Source: Flavobacteriales bacterium
GTDB taxonomy: Bacteria > Bacteroidota > Bacteroidia > Flavobacteriales_F > PHOS-HE28
Reading direction: 5' to 3'
Length of the DNA stretch: 64,000 bases
NCBI GenBank assembly: GCA_016712025.1
Contig: JADJRW010000016.1
Coordinates: forward strand, 4,794-68,793
The position numbers were made by a program, and so were the translations under genes. The notes beneath the pieces are model-generated. The model was not told the origin of the DNA, did not search any database, and worked only from the letters and a program-made list of their open reading frames with translations. This document shows, one piece after another, positions 39,678-49,581 of this stretch (positions are counted from its first letter, which is position 1; each line of letters begins with the position of its first letter).

Positions 39678-41357
39678 TCAGATCCGCTTGCTGCGGGTTC
39701 GCCAGGTTATCGCCACAGCGGCGATGAGCGAACCTGCCCCAGCGAGCAGCGCGAGGAACGCAAGCAATTCGCCCCGGCGGACAAAGAAGGTCGACTCCCG
39801 GTTCAAATGCACGTTGCCACGGATCGCCGCTGGGGTCCACCATGCGGTGTTCTGCGACACGTCCCCGCGCTGGTTGATGAAACAACTAACGCCGGTGTTG
39901 GCCGAGCGCGCTACCGCCCGTCTGGTTTCGATGGCACGGAGACGCGCATAGGCCAAGTGCTGGTGATAGCCGGAGGAGTTCCCCCACCACGCATCATTGG
40001 TGAGGATCGCGATCAGATCGGCACCCTGGCGCACGTAATCCGCCACGAAGTCCCCGAAAACCGATTCATAGCAGATCACCGGAGCCGCGCTGAAGGCACT
40101 ATCCGCCGGGCTGAAGAACTCGCGGTCAACTTGTTGGGCCAGGCTACCCGTAGTGCCACCCATATCGATGGAGAGGGCATCCAGGCTGCCTAGGAGTTGT
40201 TCGAAAGGAAGCAGCTCCACGCCCGCCACAAGCTTGCTCTTATGGTACACCCCAGCCGGTGTTAGGGGGCTGACGAACAACGCTGAATTCGCCGCATCGA
40301 ACCAACTATCACTGTTGCGCACAGGGCGTGCGGTCGCCGATGGGGTCTCCCCTGCCCGGTACAATCGGGAGGAGGACATTCCTGTCAGTACCGAGGCGTT
40401 CGGATACTTCCCCAGCCAAGTGCGAATGCGCTGCACGCTGCCGGATGCATCCAGATCATTCTCCCAGAGACCCTTTAAGAGCAAGGAACCATCATCTTCG
40501 ATATAGAGCCCTGACGCTTCTTGCAAGGCGGTTTCCGGCATCAAGATCAAGCGCGTGCTGTCGGTGATAACCGCATCGGCCTGAGCAAGCATACCATCCA
40601 GTTGCGCAAGGGGGTCAACCCCGCCGAATTTCTCCGAATAGGGATCGATGTTCGGTTGGACCACCACGACTTCAATGGCAGGTCCTTGCTCTTCCCAAGT
40701 GATGTAACGCACCCATGAGGTCGCAATCGGAACCATGATCAACACCACCGCTGCCAATGCCCTGTAACGGGCGACCAACGGTGCCTCACCACGCTGCCAA
40801 GCAAGGAGTACCCGAAGGATCAACAGATTGGACAGAAGTACCCAAAGCGAACCACCCAAATGACCGGTGACCTCATACCACTGCACCCATTCGGGGCGTG
40901 ATGCGAACCCATTCCCTAGCGTGAGCCAAGGCCACTGAAGATCCCAGCGCATGTGCGCCCATTCGCCCGAAAGCCAGAGCGCAACGAATGCGGCCCAAGC
41001 CCACCCCGGACCTACAGTGCGGCGAATGCGCATGCTGATCCCGAACGGCAGTAACATCAATCCGGCGTTGGCAAGCATCACCCCTACCCCGAGCAGCAGG
41101 CGTGTCTCCCAGCCTTCCTGCACCTCACCCAACCATGAGGTGGTGATGAGATTCCAGATACCGAGGCCAAGAAATAGTATCCAAAGCGTGCCTTTCCGCC
41201 AGGTGGAATAATGCCCTTGGGTTCGCTGTTCCACTATCCAGAGGAAGGGCGCCAAGCCGAACAACAACAAAGGGGCAAGACTCCCCGTGGCTGGCCAAGC
41301 CAGCGTGAGCAGCACGGCGCCCAACAGGGACAGAAGAACGTGGGATCGCGTGGTCAA
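39678..41357 (-). CDS. lnt: Apolipoprotein N-acyltransferase Lnt
   Basis: 559 aa. Multi-TM N-terminus. CN-hydrolase domain with ICYESVFGDF and TNDAWWGNSSGYHQH. Confidence 0.9.
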   Translation of the reverse strand: MTTRSHVLLSLLGAVLLTLAWPATGSLAPLLLFGLAPFLWIVEQRTQGHYSTWRKGTLWILFLGLGIWNLITTSWLGEVQEGWETRLLLGVGVMLANAGLMLLPFGISMRIRRTVGPGWAWAAFVALWLSGEWAHMRWDLQWPWLTLGNGFASRPEWVQWYEVTGHLGGSLWVLLSNLLILRVLLAWQRGEAPLVARYRALAAVVLIMVPIATSWVRYITWEEQGPAIEVVVVQPNIDPYSEKFGGVDPLAQLDGMLAQADAVITDSTRLILMPETALQEASGLYIEDDGSLLLKGLWENDLDASGSVQRIRTWLGKYPNASVLTGMSSSRLYRAGETPSATARPVRNSDSWFDAANSALFVSPLTPAGVYHKSKLVAGVELLPFEQLLGSLDALSIDMGGTTGSLAQQVDREFFSPADSAFSAAPVICYESVFGDFVADYVRQGADLIAILTNDAWWGNSSGYHQHLAYARLRAIETRRAVARSANTGVSCFINQRGDVSQNTAWWTPAAIRGNVHLNRESTFFVRRGELLAFLALLAGAGSLIAAVAITWRTRSKRI

Positions 41358-41383
41358 AGCGACGCCGAAGGTAGCCGGTGCGA

Positions 41384-44300
41384 TCAGCGCAAGAGGTACA
41401 TCTTGCCGAAGCCTTTGTGGAAGTAGGTCGACGCCCCGGTCTCGCGCAACTCCATGTCCGAACCGTTCAATTGCGCGATCACGCGGTAGAGGTAGACACC
41501 GCGCGCGAGGCGATCACCGAACTCATCGGTGCCGTCCCACGCGAACTCCGTGATGTTGCGACCCACATGCAAAAAACCCAATTCGGCCGTGCTGACCTCA
41601 CGCACCACACGCCCGGTGATGGTCATGATCTGCACCTTCAAATAGCTCGGTGCCTCACTCCCCGTTACGGTGAAGACGAAACGCGTGCTGGTGGTGAAGG
41701 GGTTCGGGTAGTTGAGTACCTCGGTAATGGTAGGCCGGTTGATCACCTCGAACCGGATCTCGTAGTCCCTGTCGCCGCTTTCGTTCCCGCTCACGTCCTC
41801 GGCCTGCACTGTCAGTTTGTAAATGCCATCCACGCCCAGGATCGGTCGGTACTCGATGTGAGCGATGTTCTCCGCGCCGCTGGTAGGCACGAACCGCATC
41901 ACCTCAGCTCCGCTCCCATCCACAAAGTAGATGCGGCGGAACGACCCGGAGGGATCGGTGAGATACACTTTGAAATAGGCCGTATCCGCAGGACTGTCCA
42001 ACAGTAAGGTGGTGTTCTCGTCATCCAAGGTCACTTGGATCTCCGGCTTGGCGCTCACGATATCACCATCCAGGATGTGGATTCCGTCGAAGGTGACATC
42101 AAGTAACGGGTTCTCTTCATCCTCGTCGATAGTGAAGCGCAGGATGGCGATGTTGTTGAAGTGGTACTGCTCGAACTGATGGTAGATACCGGTGGTGCTG
42201 TCCAGCGGATTGGCTTCGATGATCAATGAGTTCAGGCCGCCCAGACCCGGAGTGGCGAAGCGGATCGTGTCCAACACGAAGGTCCCGGCGGGTAAGGGTG
42301 CGTTCAACCTATGATGCACGGTGATCCGCTGCCCTCCGGCGTTCACCACCCAGGCATCGATAAGCAGGCTGTCCATATCGAACTCGCTGATGTTGTGGAC
42401 CGCCACGGCCACTTCGGCTTGTTGGCCCTCGTAGAGTCCTTGCACGTTGCTGAGGAAGCCCAGTGGCGGATCGATCGCGCACTCGGGTTCCGGGGTCATC
42501 AACAACTGCCATCGTTTCAATTGCGTGGGAAGGACATCGGGTGTGGAGTCGTTGAACAGTTCGGCATTGAGCCGCACATACGGGTACTGGAGCGCGCTCA
42601 ATCCTGCGGTGAAGTCGATCTGCGAGATCGAATCGACCGGTCCGAATCGCTCGAACTTGATCTCCTCCACGCCGAACGAGTCCACCCCGAAGACTTGGAT
42701 ACGGATGCTATCCAAGGGATCCAGCGGTTTCTCGTCCCAATACATCCCCAACCATTCGGAAGCTGGCCCGGCCAGCGGTGCCGAGAAACTACCCGATCGC
42801 CCAGAGGATTGCACGTCAACTGATAGTTCGATCAAGGCATTGATGCTGTCGCCATGCAACTGCTGGACGCTTCCAGGATCGCCCATAGTGCCGAAGAAGA
42901 TGTAGGGCACCGAATCCTGTCCTTGCGCGATGTCCGTGGCCCCGATCGCATCGAAAGCGTCGAAGAGCGCCTGGCCACCGATGTTGAACATGCCGTCCAA
43001 GTCCAGGTAGATATAGGTCCAGAGAAGCACATGGTGGCCGTTTGGGATATGGTTGTTCAGCATGTCCGTCAGGCCGGGGAGATCGTCGGCAAAGAAGCTG
43101 CCCTCTACCACGAAGCTGAAGAACTTCTGCACCTGGCCGTTCTGGCAATAGTCGTCGTCATCATTCGCGTTGTTGAAGTCGTTATCGGGGTTAATAGTAC
43201 CCTGATTCGTACCCCAGGGCGTGAAATCGAACGGGTCGATCACCGCGACGTGAATGGCCGGGACGCCGCCACAGCCTTGCCCCCCTTGGTAGGCCAGATC
43301 AATGGAATACGAATTGATCAGGCCGCTCTGTCCCTTCACCTCACAGCTAATGTTCCGCAGCCCTTCATCGAAGCGGAAGGTGCGTGAAGGACGGTCATGC
43401 TTCACTTGGTTGAACTCATCCTCCTTGAACTGGAAGAAGTGCGCCTGCCCCCAGCCGCGGCGGTCGGTGATGTACTGGAAGGAGCTCTCCTGCCACTTGA
43501 AGCCACCATCCGCGGAACTGTCCGGGCTGCACCGCCAGAAGAACACGGTGCTGTCCTCGAAGTTGTTGATGGAGAAGATCTGCTGCGGATCCCAAGTCAC
43601 CACCCCACCCGGTGCGTTGATCAATGTGCTCTCCAGGATCGGGCTATTGTAAAGGTCCGTGGTGTCGATCTGGAACTTGTAGGCACGCACCGGCGCGAAG
43701 GGGTCGCCCGTGCTGGCTTTGAGGGTCGGCGTTCCCTCGGGGATGATCGCGTACTCATACGGGTACACCGGGAAGATCTCGCCCGAAGCGATGAGAAGAT
43801 CCGTGGTCACGCGGTTGTTGCCCAGATCATCGAACTCAGCGATCGAATCGGGATCCAGGTCCACGCGCACCTCGAAGCTGTTCAAGCCCGCGCCGCCTGC
43901 ATCCGCTAGGGAAGGGATCTCGAACACCACGGTATCCTTGAAGGTCCCGGCATAGATCGGCAGCCCGATCGGTGGGAGGTCCTGTTGTTCTTCCACCAGC
44001 CTGCGCTTCAGCACCACGTTGGCGTTCACGTCGAGGCCCTTGCCCAAATTGCTCACCACCACTTGCACTTGGAAGGTGTCCAGATCGGCGGTGATCGGTT
44101 CCGGCAGGAAGCGAACGTCCGGCTGGGTGATGGAAAAATCCGGCTCGGGGAAAGAATGCAGAATGATCGTGGGATCCCCGTGCAAGGTGAAGGTCTGCGC
44201 ATTGTTCAAGTAGAGCACGCTGGAGTTCTGCGACAACTGCTGTCCGATCGCATAGCGCATGTGCTCCCCGATGCTTTTGCCGTAGTTCGCCGCGCTGAAG

Positions 44301-46507
44301 CTCGTGTACCAATCCCGGGTATAGAAGTACAGCGGGGTGGAATACCCCAGATCGGTGGAGGCCAGGAAGGCGATCGCACCGTGGTCACCGATGTTCACAT
44401 AGCGCTCGCTCACGCTCTCGCTCTCGAAGAGATGGACATTTCCCGCGTAGCAGGAGTTCGCGATGATCATCGGATATTTCCCGTTCCACTCGAAGTTCGT
44501 GGGGTAGTCGATGTTGATGTCGAAGTTGCCGGCGCTCGCATGGGCGAAGAAGGTCATGAGGGTCACACCTTCATCCTCAATGAAGTGGCGCACGGAATCC
44601 GCCGCTCCAGGATTCAGCCCATTGCCCGTGTTCTTCCGGAACAAATAGGCGGACCCCACGAAGTTGGTGTCTTCCGCGATCTGCGCGTAGCTGTTGAGAT
44701 ACGATTCGAAGGTCTGCGTTTCAGCGGGGTTGAACCCGCCCCGGAACAGCAGAATGTTCTTCATCCATGCCTCGGGGGTATCGAAGCTCTCGAGGGACTC
44801 CACCTTTAAGCGGTATGCTTCCACCTCTGAAGGCGTGTTGGCCGCCAAGCGTCCCACAGGGATCGCGAGATCGGTGTTGTTCCCGTTCAAGCCGAGGGTG
44901 AAAGCGGGATCGCTCGGCGGATATCCGAAGGTGGGCACCAAGCACTTGGCATAGGCCGCCGGGTTCGTGCGGTGGCCGATGATCCCATCGACGCCCGGGC
45001 ACAGCACCGACTTGCCGATCAAGAAAAGCGCGCGCGGGTCGGAATTCCATTGGTCCAGCGTGAACTCCGCGAAGCGGCGGATGCTGAGCGGGTGCTTCGG
45101 GATACCACCGCCGAACTGATCGTAGAGCTCATCCACGTCGACCACGACGGCGTTGTACCGGTTGTGCAAATTCGTTTCACGATAGAAGGCGTAGTTGTCA
45201 GCCTCCGCTCGCAATGAGGAATGGGCGATGATCAACATGGCCGAATCCTCCTGCGCAGCGAGGAGGTCGGTGAAATAGCCCGAGGCCGTCACTGGCATCA
45301 AAGCGGTGATCGGTGTAACGTTCGCTTCCTGGTTGATGAAGACCTCGGTCTTCTCGGCACCAGCTAGCAGCGGGATGAGGGACTTGTAACCGTTGCCATC
45401 GAGCGTAACGGCTACGCGCCGAACGGTATCGCCATAGGCATAGATCACCGGATCGGTAGTGCCGGTGAAGCGCACGTACTTGATGGTGTCCTGCGGCGTG
45501 GTGCGCGGCACGAACACCGTGGACTTCGGCAGTGAGAGCAAGTTGGTGTACCGCGGGTATTCGAAATAGATGTGCGAAGCCATCTGGCGGTCCACATAGT
45601 CCGCGCCCACGCAACCATTGCCCAGATCGCGCACCACGCGCAGCTTCACAGTGGAATTGCCTTGGCCGATGGTGGCGTTGGCGTATGGGAATTCGAAACG
45701 GTTCAATTGGTAGCCTCGGAATATCGTATCGGCCACCTGCACCAGGTTGGGGCCATAGAACACGCGGAGGTGGTGATTGTCGCATTGGCCATCGTCCGGG
45801 TTGTTCGCACTGGCCGTAACCACTTTGAACGTGGCATCCGGGGCACCTGCCTCTTGGAACGGAACCGGGGTATCGACGACCAGGTTGTGGTCCTCGTCCT
45901 GGCTCTCCGCGGTTATCGTGTAGTAATGAAAGAACCCTTCCGCCTCGACCATGCGCGCGTTGGTCGCATCCAAGGCATCCCGATCGCCCCGGTAGTAATT
46001 GTCCGGCCATTGGAACACCGAATGGCTCCACGCCCAGGTCTGCTGGGGGTAGGGCGTCACATCCGTATTCAGGTAGGGCACCACACGCAGCTTCTGCGGC
46101 GCGGCGTCATAGGTGAGATAGTAGAAAATGGTGTCGTTGAAGAGGCTATGGAACGGGTTGCTCTGCCGGGAGGGGTCGTCCCAAAGCTGCGCATCCAACC
46201 AGCCATCGTTCTTCAAACCACGGAACTCGATGAAATCGCCGGTATTGAAGACCGAGTCCGCTTCGCCCTGGATGAAGATAGGCACCTGCTGCGTGCGCGC
46301 GAAGAGTTGTATCGACAACGGGTTCACCGTGGTCACCGGGAAACCGGCATTGGCCAACGCCGTGCTATCGATGCGGTAAAGCCCCTCTTTGGCGATCTTG
46401 AACTTCCAGTAGGGGCGGGTCGGGTTGATCCATTCGTTGCCGTAGGGTTGAGCAAGGGCGGTTAGCGCACATGCCCAGGCGAGGATCAACAGCCGACCAC
46501 GCATCAT
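41384..46507 (-). CDS. Giant PorU-like C25-type peptidase paralogue (PorU2-like) with its own T9SS-type C-terminal domain
   Basis: 1,707 aa from MMRGRLLILAWACALTALAQ. The N-terminus parallels PorU (WKFKIAKEGLYRIDSTAL vs WYRVLVLEDGVYEVTHSML). Candidate dyad TFFAHASAGNF / MIIANSCYAGN. C-terminus LNYPNPFTTSTRFVF...GVYLYRV. The ATG overlaps the upstream gene's TGA (ATGA). The listed ORF extends to 47266 only by read-through of the upstream frameshifted gene. Confidence 0.8.
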   Translation of the reverse strand: MMRGRLLILAWACALTALAQPYGNEWINPTRPYWKFKIAKEGLYRIDSTALANAGFPVTTVNPLSIQLFARTQQVPIFIQGEADSVFNTGDFIEFRGLKNDGWLDAQLWDDPSRQSNPFHSLFNDTIFYYLTYDAAPQKLRVVPYLNTDVTPYPQQTWAWSHSVFQWPDNYYRGDRDALDATNARMVEAEGFFHYYTITAESQDEDHNLVVDTPVPFQEAGAPDATFKVVTASANNPDDGQCDNHHLRVFYGPNLVQVADTIFRGYQLNRFEFPYANATIGQGNSTVKLRVVRDLGNGCVGADYVDRQMASHIYFEYPRYTNLLSLPKSTVFVPRTTPQDTIKYVRFTGTTDPVIYAYGDTVRRVAVTLDGNGYKSLIPLLAGAEKTEVFINQEANVTPITALMPVTASGYFTDLLAAQEDSAMLIIAHSSLRAEADNYAFYRETNLHNRYNAVVVDVDELYDQFGGGIPKHPLSIRRFAEFTLDQWNSDPRALFLIGKSVLCPGVDGIIGHRTNPAAYAKCLVPTFGYPPSDPAFTLGLNGNNTDLAIPVGRLAANTPSEVEAYRLKVESLESFDTPEAWMKNILLFRGGFNPAETQTFESYLNSYAQIAEDTNFVGSAYLFRKNTGNGLNPGAADSVRHFIEDEGVTLMTFFAHASAGNFDINIDYPTNFEWNGKYPMIIANSCYAGNVHLFESESVSERYVNIGDHGAIAFLASTDLGYSTPLYFYTRDWYTSFSAANYGKSIGEHMRYAIGQQLSQNSSVLYLNNAQTFTLHGDPTIILHSFPEPDFSITQPDVRFLPEPITADLDTFQVQVVVSNLGKGLDVNANVVLKRRLVEEQQDLPPIGLPIYAGTFKDTVVFEIPSLADAGGAGLNSFEVRVDLDPDSIAEFDDLGNNRVTTDLLIASGEIFPVYPYEYAIIPEGTPTLKASTGDPFAPVRAYKFQIDTTDLYNSPILESTLINAPGGVVTWDPQQIFSINNFEDSTVFFWRCSPDSSADGGFKWQESSFQYITDRRGWGQAHFFQFKEDEFNQVKHDRPSRTFRFDEGLRNISCEVKGQSGLINSYSIDLAYQGGQGCGGVPAIHVAVIDPFDFTPWGTNQGTINPDNDFNNANDDDDYCQNGQVQKFFSFVVEGSFFADDLPGLTDMLNNHIPNGHHVLLWTYIYLDLDGMFNIGGQALFDAFDAIGATDIAQGQDSVPYIFFGTMGDPGSVQQLHGDSINALIELSVDVQSSGRSGSFSAPLAGPASEWLGMYWDEKPLDPLDSIRIQVFGVDSFGVEEIKFERFGPVDSISQIDFTAGLSALQYPYVRLNAELFNDSTPDVLPTQLKRWQLLMTPEPECAIDPPLGFLSNVQGLYEGQQAEVAVAVHNISEFDMDSLLIDAWVVNAGGQRITVHHRLNAPLPAGTFVLDTIRFATPGLGGLNSLIIEANPLDSTTGIYHQFEQYHFNNIAILRFTIDEDEENPLLDVTFDGIHILDGDIVSAKPEIQVTLDDENTTLLLDSPADTAYFKVYLTDPSGSFRRIYFVDGSGAEVMRFVPTSGAENIAHIEYRPILGVDGIYKLTVQAEDVSGNESGDRDYEIRFEVINRPTITEVLNYPNPFTTSTRFVFTVTGSEAPSYLKVQIMTITGRVVREVSTAELGFLHVGRNITEFAWDGTDEFGDRLARGVYLYRVIAQLNGSDMELRETGASTYFHKGFGKMYLLR

Positions 46508-47457
46508 GACGAGCTTCGCTTGAAGATATCGAACCGCAGGGAGAAGACGTTCGAGTAGAGCGCGATGGAGCTGTTCCCGATGTCGGTCAAGGCATAGTCC
46601 ACAGAAACGCTCTTGGATCTTGAGACCCGCGCCGATGTTCGGTTGGAAATTGAGCTTCTTGGCATCGTTGATGTCGGTGACGTACTGGAAATTGTTGACG
46701 CCAGCGCGCACGAAGACCACGCCAGCATAACCCACTTCCAGGCCGAATCGCGGGTCGGCGCTCCAGGTGCTGGTCGCGATCAAGGTGTTCCGCTTCCCGT
46801 CGAAGGTGTTCTCCAAATTGAGTTCGGTGAGCAGCGAGACCTTGCTGCCGAACTGGAACTGGTGGGCGGCGCCTAGAACGAGTCGGGGCAATGTGAGCTC
46901 GGTGCTGTTCACCGGCAGTTCGTTGCCGGTCGCCTGGAAGGTTTCGATGGTCTGTTCGTCCAGCGAGTAGCTCCACGCGTTGATGGTGCTGGTGATATCG
47001 CGCGCCACCGCAGCGAAGCGCCAGCGGCCCCGGTCGTATTGCGCACCTGCATCCAGGCCGAAGCCCCATGCATTGGCGAACTCGCCGACGCGGCGGTAGA
47101 TGATCTTCACGTTCCCGCCTATGCTCAAGCCGGGGATCTTCATGCGGCGGGCATAGCTGATCAGCAGGGCATGGTCGGCGGCTTGGCGATCCCTGCGAAG
47201 TATTCGCTGTGCATGGCGCCGATCTGGATATCGCCCCGCACCCGAAGGAGGCCCGCCGGGTTCCAATAGCCTGCGGTGACATCGCTGGCCGCGCTGATGT
47301 AGCTATAGCCCATGCCCAACGCTCTGGCCCCCACGCCGATGGCGAGGAACTCATTGCTGTACTTGGGCGCGTCCTGGGCTTGGAGGCCGAGGCTACCACC
47401 CATTACCATGCATGCTGCGGCTGCGTTCCGCAAGCTCTTCCTGACCGTGATCCTCAT
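46504..47457 (-). CDS. PorV/PorQ-family outer-membrane beta-barrel (PorV2-like); two frame disruptions
   Basis: N-terminus from ORF 47161..47457 (signal peptide; SNEFLAIGVGARALGMGYSYISAASDVTAGYWNPAGL). The middle is read in the frame of the 1,960-aa ORF (YARRMKIPGLSIGGNVKIIYRRVGEFANAWGFGLDAGAQYD...). C-terminus from ORF 46504..46728 (SVSVDYALTDIGNSSIALYSNVFSLRFDIF). Confidence 0.75.
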
Positions 47458-47568
47458 CCGTTGGGGTATTGACGCAGCTTCTAACTGAAGGTAGCCTGGT
47501 TTATTGCCCCGAAATTATCCCAAATTCGGCCCTTCGGCGTTGGCTCTCTCGAGCGGCGCACCTCTGCT

Positions 47569-48392
47569 TTGGCACGCTTTCCACGCCTCCCGGACCTTCT
47601 GACCACGGCGAACCTAGCCTGCGGGGTGGCTTCGATCCTGTTGGCTTCACAAGGACAGCTAACGATGGCGTGTGGACTGGTGTTCGTTGCGGCCCTGTTG
47701 GATGTGCTCGATGGTTTGGCGGCACGTGCCACCGGCGGGGAAGTGAACTGGGCAAGCAACTCGATAGCTTGGCGGATATGGTGAGCTTCGGGGTGGCGCC
47801 CGCCCTGGTGCTCTGGTTCCAACTGCGCACCGCAAGTTTGAGCACGGCCATGGGCGCCCTGTCCTATCCCGGCCCCAAAGTGATCGACCTCCTCAGCGAC
47901 CCGATCCTGTTCGCTGCACTGCTCCTTATCCCGATCGGTTCCGCATGGCGACTGGCGAAATTCAATGTGGACACACGGCAAACCCCGGGGTTTCTGGGCT
48001 TGCCCACACCGGCCAACGGCTTGTTCTGGATAAGTGTGGTGCTCATAGCACAAGGCGCTGCCATCCATCCTGGGCCAGGGCATGAAGGCATTAGCGCATC
48101 CTTGTTCAAAGTCACTTCCCACACCGCTTCTCTGTTCGCCCTCAGTGTCGCGCTATTCGTGCTGATGCTCTCCTCCCTTCCCTTGCCAGGTTTGAAATTG
48201 CGCAGCGCAGCTTGGAAGGGCAACGAGGTGATCTACTGCCTGCTGGCCGCAGGAGCTTGTCTGGTGTTGCTCTACGGGATCCTCGCTGTTCCGCTGATCC
48301 TACTTTTGTACCTGCTCAGCCCCCTTTGGGGCAGGCTCTTCCCGAAGAACGCAAGCCCACATGGAGACACGGAGACACGGAGGAACACCTGA
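47569..48392 (+). CDS. pssA: CDP-diacylglycerol--serine O-phosphatidyltransferase (CDP-alcohol phosphatidyltransferase family); frame-disrupted near 47734-47745
   Basis: ORF 47569..47784 gives LPDLLTTANLACG...AALLDVLDGLAARATGG. The frame of ORF 47469..48392 continues SELGKQLDSLADMVSFGVAP. Together these form the D(x2)DG(x2)AR...G(x3)D(x3)D motif. Confidence 0.8.
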
Positions 48393-48470
48393 ACGAACTG
48401 TACCGACCAGCCTACCACACGCCTTCGGATCCCAAGTGCCACTGCGGTGCCGTGTGAAATCAAACCCACA

Positions 48471-48725
48471 ATGAAGACCTACAAAGCCTCCATCGACGTG
48501 ATGCCGCACGACAACCTGCTCGATCCACAGGGCAAGGCCGTGAGCGGCGCCATGCCCAACCTGGGGTTGAACGAGATCACCGGCGTACGCATCGGCAAGC
48601 ACATCACCCTGAAAGTGGAAGCTGCGGACAAGAAGGCCGCCGAGGCCAAGGTGGACGAAGCCTGCAAGAAATTGCTGGCGAACCAGATCATGGAGAAATA
48701 CGCGTTCACGCTGGAAGAAGCCTGA
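48471..48725 (+). CDS. purS: Phosphoribosylformylglycinamidine synthase subunit PurS
   Basis: 84 aa. MKTYKASIDVMPHDNLLDPQGKAVSGAMPNLGLNEITGVRIGKHITLKV. Confidence 0.85.
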   Translation: MKTYKASIDVMPHDNLLDPQGKAVSGAMPNLGLNEITGVRIGKHITLKVEAADKKAAEAKVDEACKKLLANQIMEKYAFTLEEA

Positions 48726-48766
48726 AGTCGCCTCCGGCGAAAGAGACAAGGCTGAAGGTCAAAGGC

Positions 48767-48806
48767 GAAAGGGTAAAGAAGGAGGACCATCAGGTTTTAC
48801 CCTTTC
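48767..48806. terminator. Hairpin between convergent purS and lptB
   Basis: Perfect 11-bp stem GAAAGGGTAAA ... TTTACCCTTTC with an 18-nt loop. Confidence 0.45.
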
Positions 48807-48837
48807 CCCATCAACCTTTTCCCGTTAACCTTCCCAG

Positions 48838-49581
48838 CTACTTCTCCGGTCTAGGCACGTTCCTCTTCAGCTCGAAATTCTGCCCGAGATAGACTTTGCG
48901 CACGGTCTCGTCCGCCGCGAGCTCCTCGGCGGTGCCCTGTTTCAGGATCTTGCCTTCGAATAGCAGGTAAGCGCGATCGGTGATGCTCAACGTTTCCTGT
49001 ACGTTGTGATCGGTGATGAGCACACCGATGTTCTTGCGTTTCAACTGGCTCACGATCGCCTGGATGTCCTCCACAGCGATGGGGTCGACGCCCGCGAACG
49101 GTTCGTCGAGCAGAATGAACTTCGGTTCCGTGGCCAGCGCCCGTGCGATCTCCGTCCGGCGGCGTTCTCCTCCGCTCAACACATCGCCGAGGTTCTTCCG
49201 GACGTGTTGTAGGCTGAACTCGTTCAACAATTCCTCCAGCCGGTGCCTCTGTTCTTCCTTGCTCTTCTTGGTCATCTCCAGGATCGCCCGGATATTGTCC
49301 TCCACGCTGAGCTTGCGGAACACACTGGCTTCCTGCGGCAAGTAGCCGATGCCGCGCTGCGCCCGTTTATACATTGCCAGGTCGGTGATCTCCTCATCAT
49401 CCAGCATGATGCGCCCTTCGTTGGGTTTCACCAACCCGACGATCATGTAGAACGTGGTCGTCTTGCCCGCGCCGTTCGGCCCCAGCAGGCCCACGATCTC
49501 GCCTTGCGCCACATGCACGCTCACATCGCCCACCACCGTGCGGCGTTTGTATCGTTTCACCAGGTTCTCGGCGCGGAGCAT
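48838..49581 (-). CDS. lptB: LPS export ABC transporter ATP-binding protein LptB
   Basis: Walker [12 protein letters not shown], signature LSGGERRR, Walker [13 protein letters not shown]. 247 aa. Confidence 0.9.
   Translation of the reverse strand: MLRAENLVKRYKRRTVVGDVSVHVAQGEIVGLLGPNGAGKTTTFYMIVGLVKPNEGRIMLDDEEITDLAMYKRAQRGIGYLPQEASVFRKLSVEDNIRAILEMTKKSKEEQRHRLEELLNEFSLQHVRKNLGDVLSGGERRRTEIARALATEPKFILLDEPFAGVDPIAVEDIQAIVSQLKRKNIGVLITDHNVQETLSITDRAYLLFEGKILKQGTAEELAADETVRKVYLGQNFELKRNVPRPEK

Noticed and set aside
46508-47266. N-terminal 253 codons of the listed 1,960-aa ORF as part of one giant protein
   Set aside because: This portion is the body of a separate PorV-like barrel gene, read through because of a frameshift near 46600. 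A clean signal peptide (MMRGRLLILAWACALTALAQ) and an ATGA junction at 46504-46507 mark the real start of the large protein.
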